Positions 1 through 8,164 of a DNA stretch of 29,773 bases are shown here, in pieces. Under the pieces are notes generated by a model. The model was given only the letters and a program-made list of their open reading frames with translations. It was not told the DNA's origin and searched no databases. The translations under genes and the position numbers were made by a program. The stretch's first letter is position 1. Each line of letters starts with the position of its first letter. This DNA comes from a virus (lineage: Duplodnaviria; Caudoviricetes), in IMG/VR virus record IMGVR_UViG_3300036798_000298, positions 1 through 29,773 of that record. One strand, 5' to 3'.

Positions 1-6
1 AATGGC

Positions 7-177
7 CTAGACCGCGCCCATCCGCTGCAGGATCACGATCAGCGCGATCAGCAGGGCGACGGCCGGGATCACCCAGCGCAGCCAGCCTACCGGCGGCGGG
101 AACGGGATCTGGTAGGCGATCGCGCAGACGATCCCGACCACCACCAGCACGATCAGCGCGAAGATCAGCAGGTTCAT
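7..177 (-). CDS. Small two-TM membrane protein (56 aa), possibly holin-like
   Basis: Translated by hand: MNLLIFALIVLVVVGIVCAIAYQIPFPPPVGWLRWVIPAVALLIALIVILQRMGAV*. ATGA overlap with the upstream gene. Too short for the ORF track. Confidence 0.7.
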   Translation of the reverse strand: MNLLIFALIVLVVVGIVCAIAYQIPFPPPVGWLRWVIPAVALLIALIVILQRMGAV

Positions 178-383
178 CGGCCTTTCCCCCGCAACACGCC
201 GTCGGCCCGCGCGTCGATCTTCTTCTTCGCGGTGGGCGACAGGTTTCCGGCCTTGACCTGCTGTGCAGCCCTGGCCTTGGCGTTGGCGGCGTGCGCCTTG
301 TCCGGCACCGGGTAGGACCGGCCAGGCCCGGCGAACGTGGACTTCGGCAGCGCGTTGCGCCGCTTCGTCGTGAGCTTGCTCAT
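174..383 (-). CDS. Small basic conserved phage protein (DUF6582-like)
   Basis: MSKLTTKRRNALPKSTFAGPGRSYPVPDKAHAANAKAR, with a recognisable 'R.YP.PD.AHA.NA.AR' motif. AAGGAGG SD and ATGA overlap. Confidence 0.75.
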   Translation of the reverse strand: MSKLTTKRRNALPKSTFAGPGRSYPVPDKAHAANAKARAAQQVKAGNLSPTAKKKIDARADGVLRGKGR

Positions 384-1588
384 TTCAGCCTCCTTGTACG
401 ATGCGGGGCCGGATGCGGCGGGCGAACCTGCTCCAGCACGCCGCGGATCGCGGCGAACGCCGCGCTGTCCTGACCAATAATCCGCCGCAGGGCGGCGTTC
501 TCGGCGCGCAGCCTGGCGATCTCGTCTACCGGCGGCCTGGGTGGGCGTCCGGCCTGATGTTCGGCGATCCACGCGAGGTACGCACTGTTGTCGCCCATCG
601 GCGCCACGCCGATCGGGATCGTGCCGGTGATCTGGATGTTCGTGTTGGCGAGCCCGCTGGTCTCCGTGTAGTCGGTGATCAGCGGCGTGGTGTTGTCCCT
701 GAAACTGACCCCGTTCGAGCCGCAGCGGACGCTCATCGACGTGCCGATGTCAGGGAAGGACTGCAGGAAATTGGTGTCCACCAGCCCGTTATGGACGCCG
801 CAGACCACGTAGCCTGCGTACATCGTCCCGAGCATCGCGTTGCCGCGGATCGTGATCTCGGAGCCGTATTCGCCGGTGATCCCCTGGCTGATGCCGCCCG
901 TGCCGCGCTCGTAGCGGTTGTTACGGATTGTGACGCGCAGCGACTGGTTGGCCGGGGTTGAACACCACTGGATCACGTCGGGGTGGGCATCGATCTCGGG
1001 AAAGAAATTCGCGAAGCTGTTGTCGTCGATCAGCAGGTCGTGCGCCCCGCAGACGATGATCCCGTCATTGGCGATGTCGTGGATGTGGTTGTGCGCGAAA
1101 GTCAGAAACCTATCGTCGTTGCCGCCGCCGCCGGTCCCTTCGTGGTCGATTTCGCTGTTCTCAAGCGTCACATGCTGGGTCGCGTTGGTCTTGAAGCCGG
1201 TGCCGCCCTTCCAGCCATCGGCCCTGGCGATGTGCACATGGTCGAGGATGACGTGCTGGCTGTTGCCGACCGTCACGGCGGCGTTGTTCGTATAGACGTG
1301 GTCGAAGGTGATGCCGGTGATCGTCCAGCCGACCACGCCGTCCAGTGACAGGAACGCCGCCTTCACGTCAGGGCCGCCCTGCAAGGTGATCGGGACCGTG
1401 TGCGGCGCGGGCATGTAGAAGCTCAAGGCGTCGTAGCGGCCAGGCGCAAAGACGATCACGTCGCCGTCGTGGGCCCGGTAGATCGCGTTCCAGTAGTCGC
1501 CGGTCGGCGTGACGTGCACCGTCGCCGCGCCGACCGGCCAGGCGGTCAGCAGCGCAAGCAGCACCGCCCAGCCGAGGCGGCGCATCAC
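380..1588 (-). CDS. Right-handed parallel beta-helix (pectate-lyase-like) protein with N-terminal signal peptide
   Basis: PbH1-like repeats (VTLENSEI, LTFAHNHIHD, LLIDDNSF, VTIRNNRY, ITIRGNAM), GDVIVFAPGRY cap and HPDVIQ motif. Signal-like N-terminus MRRLGWAVLLALLTAWPVGA. Start at 1588 (GTG) or 1585 (ATG). Confidence 0.8.
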   Translation of the reverse strand: MMRRLGWAVLLALLTAWPVGAATVHVTPTGDYWNAIYRAHDGDVIVFAPGRYDALSFYMPAPHTVPITLQGGPDVKAAFLSLDGVVGWTITGITFDHVYTNNAAVTVGNSQHVILDHVHIARADGWKGGTGFKTNATQHVTLENSEIDHEGTGGGGNDDRFLTFAHNHIHDIANDGIIVCGAHDLLIDDNSFANFFPEIDAHPDVIQWCSTPANQSLRVTIRNNRYERGTGGISQGITGEYGSEITIRGNAMLGTMYAGYVVCGVHNGLVDTNFLQSFPDIGTSMSVRCGSNGVSFRDNTTPLITDYTETSGLANTNIQITGTIPIGVAPMGDNSAYLAWIAEHQAGRPPRPPVDEIARLRAENAALRRIIGQDSAAFAAIRGVLEQVRPPHPAPHRTRRLK

Positions 1589-1737
1589 AGGTTGTCCCGG
1601 GCGCCCTTCATCATCTTGCCCGACGGCTTCATGCCCTTCAGCAGACCGGATTTGGCCTGCGGCTTGAACGCCGGCTTGCCGGGCCGGAACTTCGCCGCGG
1701 GCGCGCCGCGCTTTGGGGGTGCAGATCGTTTCGCCAT
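1585..1737 (-). CDS. Small Lys/Pro-rich basic protein (50 aa)
   Basis: MAKRSAPPKRGAPAAKFRPGKPAFKPQAKSGLLKGMKPSGKMMKGARDNL*. GGAGG SD; the stop overlaps the next start. Confidence 0.65.
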   Translation of the reverse strand: MAKRSAPPKRGAPAAKFRPGKPAFKPQAKSGLLKGMKPSGKMMKGARDNL

Positions 1738-1740
1738 TTC

Positions 1741-1818
1741 CTAGCCTCCGAAAACTATCAGGCCGGCCACCAGCAGGGCGACGGCCACGCAGATGAAGAA
1801 CAGCGGCCAGCCGCGCAC
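1741..1818 (-). CDS. Tiny hydrophobic single-TM peptide (25 aa)
   Basis: GTG immediately after the scaffold stop gives MRGWPLFFICVAVALLVAGLIVFGG*, which fills the gap exactly. Confidence 0.45.
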   Translation of the reverse strand: MRGWPLFFICVAVALLVAGLIVFGG

Positions 1819-2679
1819 CTAGTGGCCTTTCTGGCTGGCCCGTTCACGCTGCGCGAGCTTCGCCCAGGCCTTGTCGCGGGCCGCGCCGTCGAGCTTGGCG
1901 ACATCGCCCCAGGACTGCACGCCGGGCGAGGCGCGCGCGGTCGGGCGCACGCCGGTGTCGGCCGACCGCTGGATCGCGTCGAGCTTGTCGCCGGCCGCTT
2001 TCGTGCCGGTCCTGAAACCGCGCTTCTTCGCCAGCGCATAGACCCGTTCCGCCGGGTCAAATCCGGCCTCCATGGCCATCCGCACCACGCCGAACAGGTC
2101 GTCGGCCAGCTTGCGCTGTAGGTACTGGCCGGCGTAACCGGCGTCGGTGAGTTCATCAGTGCGCGCCTTGCGGTAGAACACCGCCGCCTGATGGTAATCC
2201 GGGTGATCGATCGCGAAATCGCTCTCGGCCTCGGCCATCGCGCTCCGCAGCCCCTCGACCTGCCGCTCAACCGCCTGCTGGGCGGTGGTTTCTTGGCTTT
2301 CGGCGACCTGCCGCTGGCGGAACAGCTTCAGGGCCCGCTTCACCGCGTCGATGTCGCCGATCGGGTCGTCGTTGTCCTCGCGCAGGCCGGCGATCGTCGC
2401 CAGCAGCTCGTCCTCGTCGCCGCCGCCCCGCCCGCGTTCGAGCCGTTCGAGGCGGCTTTCCAGATCCGAGGCCTTGCGTTCGGCCGCCTGCCGGCGGGAC
2501 CGCTCGCGGGCCGCCTGTCCGGCGTGGTTGTGGGCCCGTTTCTCCCAGTCCTCGGCCTTCTTGCGCGCCGCGGCCGGTTCGTCTTCCTCCTCGGGCTCTT
2601 CGACCTGAGGCTCGAGTTCGGGTTCTTCGCCGTCTTCCGGTTCAGGACTGTCGGGCGGGTCGGAATAGGCTTCACTCAT
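1819..2679 (-). CDS. Putative capsid scaffolding protein
   Basis: Directly downstream of the portal. Very acidic N-terminus and long coiled-coil; GAGG SD. Confidence 0.7.
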   Translation of the reverse strand: MSEAYSDPPDSPEPEDGEEPELEPQVEEPEEEDEPAAARKKAEDWEKRAHNHAGQAARERSRRQAAERKASDLESRLERLERGRGGGDEDELLATIAGLREDNDDPIGDIDAVKRALKLFRQRQVAESQETTAQQAVERQVEGLRSAMAEAESDFAIDHPDYHQAAVFYRKARTDELTDAGYAGQYLQRKLADDLFGVVRMAMEAGFDPAERVYALAKKRGFRTGTKAAGDKLDAIQRSADTGVRPTARASPGVQSWGDVAKLDGAARDKAWAKLAQRERASQKGH

Positions 2680-2697
2680 GGCGCTGTTTCCTCGTGA

Positions 2698-4851
2698 TCA
2701 CTGCGGCTGGCCGCGCCAGCCAGGCTGGGTGACGGCCGGCGGCACACCGGGCTGCGGCAGGGTCGGGGCGCCGGGCGTGCCGGGCTGACCGGGCGCCGCC
2801 GCCGGGGGCTGCGTGCCGCGCAACGGCACCTTGTCGCCGCCGACGCCGCCGCCACCACCCCCGCCGCCACCCTGCGGCTGGGTGCTTTTCAGGAAATCGA
2901 CGCCGAGCCCGATCTGCGAGGCGTGCGCGTCGGAGACCGCCTTGAACGCCTGGGCCTCCTTGTGGGTCTTGTCGGCCTGCTTGACGCCGGTGTCGGCCTG
3001 CTTGTTCTGCAGGTCGGAAACGCCCTGCGCGATCTTCGCCTGCATCTCCAGCTGGGCGTTCTGCTGCTGCATCTGGATGTTCATCTGCGACCGCTGGCGG
3101 ATCGAGTTGGCCAGCTTCATCGAGACCGCCGCGGGCACGTCGAGGAACGGCAGGATGTCGGCGATCTCCTCAGGCCCGATCAGGCCGGCCTGCAGCAGCT
3201 GCGGCAGCAGCGGCAGCATCACCTGCATCACCTTGGCCTTCTGGTCCGGCCCCGACGGCGCCTCATCGACGATGATGTCGTACTCCTGGGTCTGCAGGCT
3301 CTGGGCGAGCGGCACATACTGCGAGGTGCCCGCGTCCACGATCCGCACCAGCTTGTCGGGCGGGAAGTAGACCCGCATCTGGGCGAGCAGCAGCTGACCC
3401 TGGTTGCGCTGGTAGCGGCGCTTCGCATCGAAGAACGCCGAGAGGATCCCGTAAGCCGCCTGCTTGCGCTGCTGCTCCAGCACGCCTGCCTGCTCGCGGC
3501 CGACCAGTCCGAGGATCTCCTCGTTCACCCCGGTGCAGGCCTGCACCATGTCCTTGGCGAACTCCATCAGCTGGAACAGCGCCGGCTGGACCGGCGGCGG
3601 GGTCTTCGGGGACATCTTCGACCCGTGCGCGCCGCTGAGAGCCCCTGGCTTCAGCCAGGTGATCTTGTCGGTCGCCGACCAGGTCTGCTCGAACCCGCGG
3701 ATGTCATCGACCGCGTCCTCTTCCAGCGCCATGCCGCCGTTGGCGTTGGTGCGGATGATGTGGAGGATCTCGGAATAGAGCTTGTTGGTGAACCGTTGCG
3801 GATCGACCATCGGCTTGATCAGGCCGAACCAGGTTCCGGCGTTGCGGTCCCGCTTGCCGGTGATGCACTTGTACCTGAAGTCGTTCTCCTGCAGCTGCTC
3901 CTTGCCGAGCAGCTCGCCGCCCGCGGTGAAGGCCCGGTAATAGACCTTGTGGTGGCTGGAGACGTACTTGAGGTCCGGCATCTGCGCCTGGACCTTCGAG
4001 AAATCGTCCGGCGACAGCTTCTGGATCTGGGTGACCGAGGCGTCCTGCTGCGACGGCATCGCGGCCAGCATCACCGGCTCACGATCCCACCACTGCCACT
4101 CGCAGACCACGACGGTGTCGAGGTCGGTGCCTTCGCCGAGCATGCCGTGCGTGTAGCGGACCCGCGGGTTGACGATCGTCAGGCGCTTGCCGTCGCCGAC
4201 CGCCGCGCCGTCGGCCGAAAGATCCGGGCGCTGCATCTCGGCTTTGAAGTCCTCGAAATCGTCCGGCGACATCGGGATCTCGCGCTTCACGTAGCGCATG
4301 TCCTCAAGGCAGCGTTTGCGGGCGCTTGGGTCGGCGCGCATCTGCAGCGGATCGACCCGCTCCTTGATCAGCATTACCTTGTCGCCCTCGACATCGGGCC
4401 GTGTCTCGGTCCAGCCGAGCCCGCAGATCAGGCAGTCCCAGAAGCTCTCGCTGTCCTCCTGATCGCCGTTGCACTCATCACTGACGTACTCGGCGCCCTG
4501 GCTCAGCACGTCGGCCACGCCGGTGTCGCCGACCTCGCGCGGGTAATACTGCACCTGCTGGCGGTTGGAGATCTCCGCGCCCTGGACCGCATCGATCACC
4601 GGGCCGGCCAGGTTGAAGGTCACCGCGATCTTGCGGTTGCCCTCCAGCTGGGCGATCTCCTCCTCCGTCCACTGGTCGCCGCCGACGAAGCCGTACCAGT
4701 AGCGGGCCTTTTCCAGCCACGCCGACCAGTGACCGGCCAGCTGGCTGTCCCACTCGTCAAACCGGGCGAGCAGCGCGTCGTCGCTGCTCTCGGCTTCGGC
4801 CGGGGTGGCCTGGGCGTCGAGTTGCGGGCCGGTGTCGCGGAGGTCGCTCAC
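2698..4851 (-). CDS. Portal protein, P22-like
   Basis: 717 aa with GDQW, TFNL..P.ID.V.G.E..NR, DCLICGLGW and WFGLIKPMVDPQRFTNK motifs, and a C-terminal Gln-rich coiled-coil barrel. Confidence 0.9.
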   Translation of the reverse strand: MSDLRDTGPQLDAQATPAEAESSDDALLARFDEWDSQLAGHWSAWLEKARYWYGFVGGDQWTEEEIAQLEGNRKIAVTFNLAGPVIDAVQGAEISNRQQVQYYPREVGDTGVADVLSQGAEYVSDECNGDQEDSESFWDCLICGLGWTETRPDVEGDKVMLIKERVDPLQMRADPSARKRCLEDMRYVKREIPMSPDDFEDFKAEMQRPDLSADGAAVGDGKRLTIVNPRVRYTHGMLGEGTDLDTVVVCEWQWWDREPVMLAAMPSQQDASVTQIQKLSPDDFSKVQAQMPDLKYVSSHHKVYYRAFTAGGELLGKEQLQENDFRYKCITGKRDRNAGTWFGLIKPMVDPQRFTNKLYSEILHIIRTNANGGMALEEDAVDDIRGFEQTWSATDKITWLKPGALSGAHGSKMSPKTPPPVQPALFQLMEFAKDMVQACTGVNEEILGLVGREQAGVLEQQRKQAAYGILSAFFDAKRRYQRNQGQLLLAQMRVYFPPDKLVRIVDAGTSQYVPLAQSLQTQEYDIIVDEAPSGPDQKAKVMQVMLPLLPQLLQAGLIGPEEIADILPFLDVPAAVSMKLANSIRQRSQMNIQMQQQNAQLEMQAKIAQGVSDLQNKQADTGVKQADKTHKEAQAFKAVSDAHASQIGLGVDFLKSTQPQGGGGGGGGGVGGDKVPLRGTQPPAAAPGQPGTPGAPTLPQPGVPPAVTQPGWRGQPQ

Positions 4852-5030
4852 TTGATCCGCCTGACCTCACCGACAACCGGTGAGCAGGTGCAGGCCGCGC
4901 CCTTGAAGATCGCGCAGTCGCCGTCGTGATAGACCGGGGCCATGAACACGCCGGGCCTGTCGGTCTGCAGGGATTTCGACCGCTCGATAAGCGTCCGCAT
5001 CGCAGGTGAAAGAGGGACGGTCCTGCTCAT
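4848..5030 (-). CDS. Hypothetical protein (60 aa, H/C-rich: HDGDC...CTC)
   Basis: Translationally coupled on both sides (ATGA and GTGA overlaps). Confidence 0.6.
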   Translation of the reverse strand: MSRTVPLSPAMRTLIERSKSLQTDRPGVFMAPVYHDGDCAIFKGAACTCSPVVGEVRRIK

Positions 5031-5242
5031 CGGCGGGCCGCAATCTCGTTGAGGTCATGGATCTGCTGGCCGATCTCCTCGAACAGCTGATGCAGCAGCG
5101 CGGCGACCTCCAGGGTCAGCGGCTGGCGCTCCAGCAGACCGGCCAGCCGCAGCAGTTCGGCGCCCCAGACGTTGATCCCCTCGCCCTGCCGGTAGCGGGT
5201 GGTGTGTTCGAGACCGTGCTGCAGATCCTCGCGAAAGCTCAT
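5027..5242 (-). CDS. Hypothetical protein (71 aa)
   Basis: ATGA overlaps on both sides; GGAGG SD. Confidence 0.65.
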   Translation of the reverse strand: MSFREDLQHGLEHTTRYRQGEGINVWGAELLRLAGLLERQPLTLEVAALLHQLFEEIGQQIHDLNEIAARR

Positions 5243-5454
5243 CTGGCCTCCACCGGCGGTTCGTAGACCGCGCCGAGCGTGTGGATCGCAGCGGCCACTT
5301 CCTCCAGGGCGCGTTCAATCCGGGCGATCTCCCGTTGCGCCGCCTGCAGCTTCTTCTCGGCGACGGCCCGCTCGCGGACGAAGTCGTCGGCGGCGGTGAC
5401 CAGCAGTCGCACCGGCAGCGGCGCCTCAGTCCGCAGGTTCACGGGCGCGTTCAT
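5239..5454 (-). CDS. Hypothetical coiled-coil protein (71 aa)
   Basis: ATGA overlaps and heptad pattern. Confidence 0.65.
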   Translation of the reverse strand: MNAPVNLRTEAPLPVRLLVTAADDFVRERAVAEKKLQAAQREIARIERALEEVAAAIHTLGAVYEPPVEAR

Positions 5455-5603
5455 TCAGCCGCCTCGCGATCCCGGAATTCCGCGTACCGGGGGTGATCCT
5501 CCGGCGGGGTCCAGGCTTTCGCCTCGACCAGCGGGTGCTTCCGCCGCCAGGCGCGCCGACGGATCTCGTAGCGGCGCTGCAGCATCTCGGCCCAGGCCGA
5601 CAT
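5451..5603 (-). CDS. Hypothetical protein (50 aa)
   Basis: Translated by hand: MSAWAEMLQRRYEIRRRAWRRKHPLVEAKAWTPPEDHPRYAEFRDREAAE*. ATG directly follows the upstream TAG, and the stop overlaps the next ATG. Confidence 0.6.
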   Translation of the reverse strand: MSAWAEMLQRRYEIRRRAWRRKHPLVEAKAWTPPEDHPRYAEFRDREAAE

Positions 5604-6023
5604 CTAGCGGCGCGCCTTCTCGTGCCGGTCGTCGTGCCGGTGGTCGTGCCTGTCGTCCTTATCGTCCCTATCATCCTTATCGGCGCGGGCCGGAGCCTCG
5701 GGGGGCTGCGCCTCGCCATCGAGACGGCTGATCACCTCTTTCAGCAGCACCTCATCAGGATCCTCAACGCCGAGCTGCGGCTGGCCGACCAGACTGGTGA
5801 CCACGGCCGGCGGCGGCAACGTGCCGTCGTCTTCCGGCGGGGCCGGAACCGTCACCTGCACGAAAAGGCCCGGATAGGGCGTGCGGTCGGCGCGCAGCAG
5901 CCACGTCCGTCCCTGGCTGTCGCGATGCGTCGTCTCGCCCTGCCTGCCCCACAGCGTGCGGGCGAGACCGGCGATCATCTCGACCTCGGTCTCGCCCAGA
6001 GCCAGTTTCGCCGCCTTCGCCAT
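5604..6023 (-). CDS. Hypothetical protein with D/R/H low-complexity tail; likely first gene of the portal operon
   Basis: MAKAAKLALGETEVEMIAG... preceded by a GGAG SD. Tail DKDDRDDKDDRHDHRHDDRHEK. Confidence 0.65.
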   Translation of the reverse strand: MAKAAKLALGETEVEMIAGLARTLWGRQGETTHRDSQGRTWLLRADRTPYPGLFVQVTVPAPPEDDGTLPPPAVVTSLVGQPQLGVEDPDEVLLKEVISRLDGEAQPPEAPARADKDDRDDKDDRHDHRHDDRHEKARR

Positions 6024-6057
6024 CGCGCTCTCCACCTCTCAAGGACGGGTCGATCTC

Positions 6058-6362
6058 GGTGGATACGTCCGCGACCGGCGTCAACGGCGACCGGTGTCCG
6101 CGCGCCATCCACCCGAAGCCTTCAGGGGGTGACGCAGGGCTTCCGTTACCCCTCCGTACGGCTGAGCTTCCGCGTGACGTGCGCCTGCGCGCGGTGCTAG
6201 GAAGGTTCGTCGCGTCACATGCGCGAGGGTGCGTCGCGGGAGAGGCAGGTCAAATTAACTGCCCCCCCGCCACCGGCCGGCATTCGGTGACCCCCGGTCG
6301 GTGAACCGTGTCCCAAAAAACCGTGATACCCCGCTGAGCCGCAGCACGTACCCTTTGGGGTA
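6058..6362. other. Run of consecutive stem-loops (structured non-coding element)
   Basis: Paired segments 6058-6064/6107-6113, 6115-6119/6166-6170, 6126-6134/6144-6152, 6174-6179/6213-6218, 6244-6248/6259-6263, 6271-6280/6294-6303 and 6327-6332/6357-6362. Confidence 0.5.
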
Positions 6363-6459
6363 AAGCATGGGGAAAGCGCAGCACGCGGGGTCTCGTACCC
6401 TCGGCGTTTCGGTTCCCTTCCGAGGAACGACGACGGCCACGCGGGATCGATCCAGCGGC

Positions 6460-6627
6460 CGACCAGGTGGCGACCAGGCGTCGGCCGACCGACGGCGCGC
6501 GCCTAGCACACCCAACGGTCTAGAGCGCCTTGGCGAGCGTTTCCACCCGCAACGCCGACCGACGCTGGCGCACGCCGACGACCGACAGCACGCAACGACC
6601 GACAGCCCACGACGACGTGCACGACGA
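6460..6627 (+). repeat. Cluster of CGACCGAC / CGACCAGG short direct repeats (candidate packaging or terminus signal)
   Basis: CGACCGAC at 6486, 6556, 6579 and 6596 (the last two extend to CGACCGACAGC). CGACCAGG twice at ~6460 and ~6471. Confidence 0.55.
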
Positions 6628-6729
6628 AGCCCGCGCTCGGCGCGGGCCGTCGCGGATCTGGAAACACGCGGAAGCGAAGCCGGGCGGAAAAACCGCCCGC
6701 GCCCCGCAAACCCGACGGCGCCGCGCGCC

Positions 6730-7470
6730 TTAAGCGGCGAGCAGCTCGCCGGCCCGATAGAGCGCGAAGCGGCGCTTCTTGGCGCCGTGCGCCGCGATCA
6801 CCGGTGACGCCTTCGCCTTGGCGCTCGACCCCATGCACGCCTTGCACGACGCGCAATCGGTCTTGGCGCCCGCTTCCTCGGACGCGGGACAGACGAACTC
6901 GAGACGCGCCGCGACGGGTTCATCGGCGAGACGGATGCGGAACGTGCGCCAGCCTTGGGCGCGCGCTGCAAACCCTTCTGCGGGAGTATCGGCCGACGCC
7001 ATACAGAACCGCTTCAGCTGCGGCGCCTTGCGCCATTGATGGGTGTATCCCGTCCAGCCCGCGGCGCGTTCGGTGAGAGCTTCCCAGATCGCCACCGGAA
7101 CCGCGGCGGGATCTCCGTACGCGCCAAGCCGAACCATGCGTCCGGCGCCGATGGCGCGGATTGCGTCAAGGTCGGCCGCGGTGGCGTAACGTCCACGGTG
7201 CGTCGTGCGCCACACGTTCAACGGCGCTTGCCCGAGATTGACATAGCAAGCCGCGCCCCGGTGCGGACAATCCCCGCAGACGCTGGCGTCGGCGCCCGTC
7301 TCGACCGCGGCGATAGGATTGATGTCATCGCGAAGGATCCACGTCTGCAGAAGGTCACCGGTCTTGCCGTTCGTGCTGGTCTTGGTGAGCCCCGAGACCA
7401 CGACGACGATAGGCGCGCCGTCCAGCTCGGATGGGCCGCGGTACAGAATGACACTGTTAGGGTTGTACAT
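6730..7470 (-). CDS. Conserved Cys-rich phage early protein (DUF7227/Gp88-like; possible Fe-S or radical-SAM-like fold)
   Basis: Motifs YRGPSELDGAPIV, NGKTGD..QTWIL, VCGDCPHR...CYV, VRLGAYGDP, GYTHQW and CPAS...C..C..C. Family name recalled from memory. Confidence 0.7.
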   Translation of the reverse strand: MYNPNSVILYRGPSELDGAPIVVVVSGLTKTSTNGKTGDLLQTWILRDDINPIAAVETGADASVCGDCPHRGAACYVNLGQAPLNVWRTTHRGRYATAADLDAIRAIGAGRMVRLGAYGDPAAVPVAIWEALTERAAGWTGYTHQWRKAPQLKRFCMASADTPAEGFAARAQGWRTFRIRLADEPVAARLEFVCPASEEAGAKTDCASCKACMGSSAKAKASPVIAAHGAKKRRFALYRAGELLAA

Positions 7471-7511
7471 CGGGTCTCTCTCTCACCGCGCGCAACCGTT
7501 GCGCGCCCGAG

Positions 7512-7631
7512 GGGAGATACGACTAAACGTCGTAATACCCAAGCACTCATTCACGCCGAAAGGTGCGGCATCCGGCCACACGGGAAAGGCGCATCTTGCC
7601 GCTTGCTACATACGACGTTCGGTCGTACGAA
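7512..7631. promoter_or_regulatory. Divergent promoter pair, each with a TACGAC-N5-GTCGTA operator
   Basis: Palindromes at 7518-7534 and 7611-7627. Minus strand TTGGGT-17-TATCTC; plus strand TTGCTA-17-TACGAA. Confidence 0.7.
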
Positions 7632-7659
7632 TTGGGGGTCAAGACCGATAGGAGATCCC

Positions 7660-7890
7660 GTGAACTTCGAGACCGACACCCTCTACGTGGTGGAGCTTTA
7701 CGCCGCTGGCGCCGAATACGCCGCGGACTGTCTCGGCGAGTTCTTCGCCACCGAGGCCGACGCGATCGCTGCGGGCTCAGATGAAATCCGCCGCGTGGCC
7801 GACTTGGCCGACACCGAACGCGAAAAGACCTTCGATTGGGCCGTGCGCTTCACCGTTCGCGCATGCCCGCCAACCCCCTACGCCGACTGA
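7660..7890 (+). CDS. Small acidic hypothetical protein (76 aa)
   Basis: GTG start after an AGGAGA SD; MNFETDTLYVVELYAAGAE... Confidence 0.75.
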   Translation: MNFETDTLYVVELYAAGAEYAADCLGEFFATEADAIAAGSDEIRRVADLADTEREKTFDWAVRFTVRACPPTPYAD

Positions 7891-7906
7891 CCCTTAAGGA
7901 AATCGC

Positions 7907-8164
7907 ATGACAACCTACACCGAAGACGCCGACGCGGAATTCGACGCGCTGGTCGCCGAATTCGACGTGTGGATTTCAGACCCGGCTCAAACCGCCTTCG
8001 CGGGCGCCGGTGACGCGCTGGAAATCCGCATGTTCGCCGAACTCACCGCGCCGCAGATCGCGTGGCTGGACGATTTCATCGCCCGTTGGGATGCAATGGA
8101 AGAAAACCGCGCCTATGCGCCGGACGAAGACGCCGCGCTCAAAGCTGCGTGGGATGCCTCCTGA
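7907..8164 (+). CDS. Small very acidic hypothetical protein (85 aa)
   Basis: TAAGGA SD; 20 D/E versus 4 K/R. Confidence 0.8.
   Translation: MTTYTEDADAEFDALVAEFDVWISDPAQTAFAGAGDALEIRMFAELTAPQIAWLDDFIARWDAMEENRAYAPDEDAALKAAWDAS

Noticed and set aside
2923-4929. 668-aa + strand ORF, and similar long antisense ORFs (9629-10789, 14163-15326, 27916-28998)
   Set aside because: These are shadow frames opposite well-supported genes in GC-rich DNA and have no recognisable motifs.
5620-5685. Short imperfect 9-12-nt tandem repeats
   Set aside because: Explained by the low-complexity D/R/H protein tail.
6050-6430. Known ribozyme or riboswitch in the structured block
   Set aside because: I could not match hammerhead (CUGANGA/GAAA) or other known consensus cores by eye, so it is kept only as an unassigned structure.
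6460-6627. Possible CRISPR array
   Set aside because: The repeats are only 8-11 nt and irregularly spaced, and there are no cas genes in the window.
6955-7659. N-terminal 235 codons of the 311-aa + strand ORF 6955-7890
   Set aside because: This part is antisense to the 6730-7470 gene and crosses the promoter region. The real start is GTG 7660 after an AGGAGA SD.
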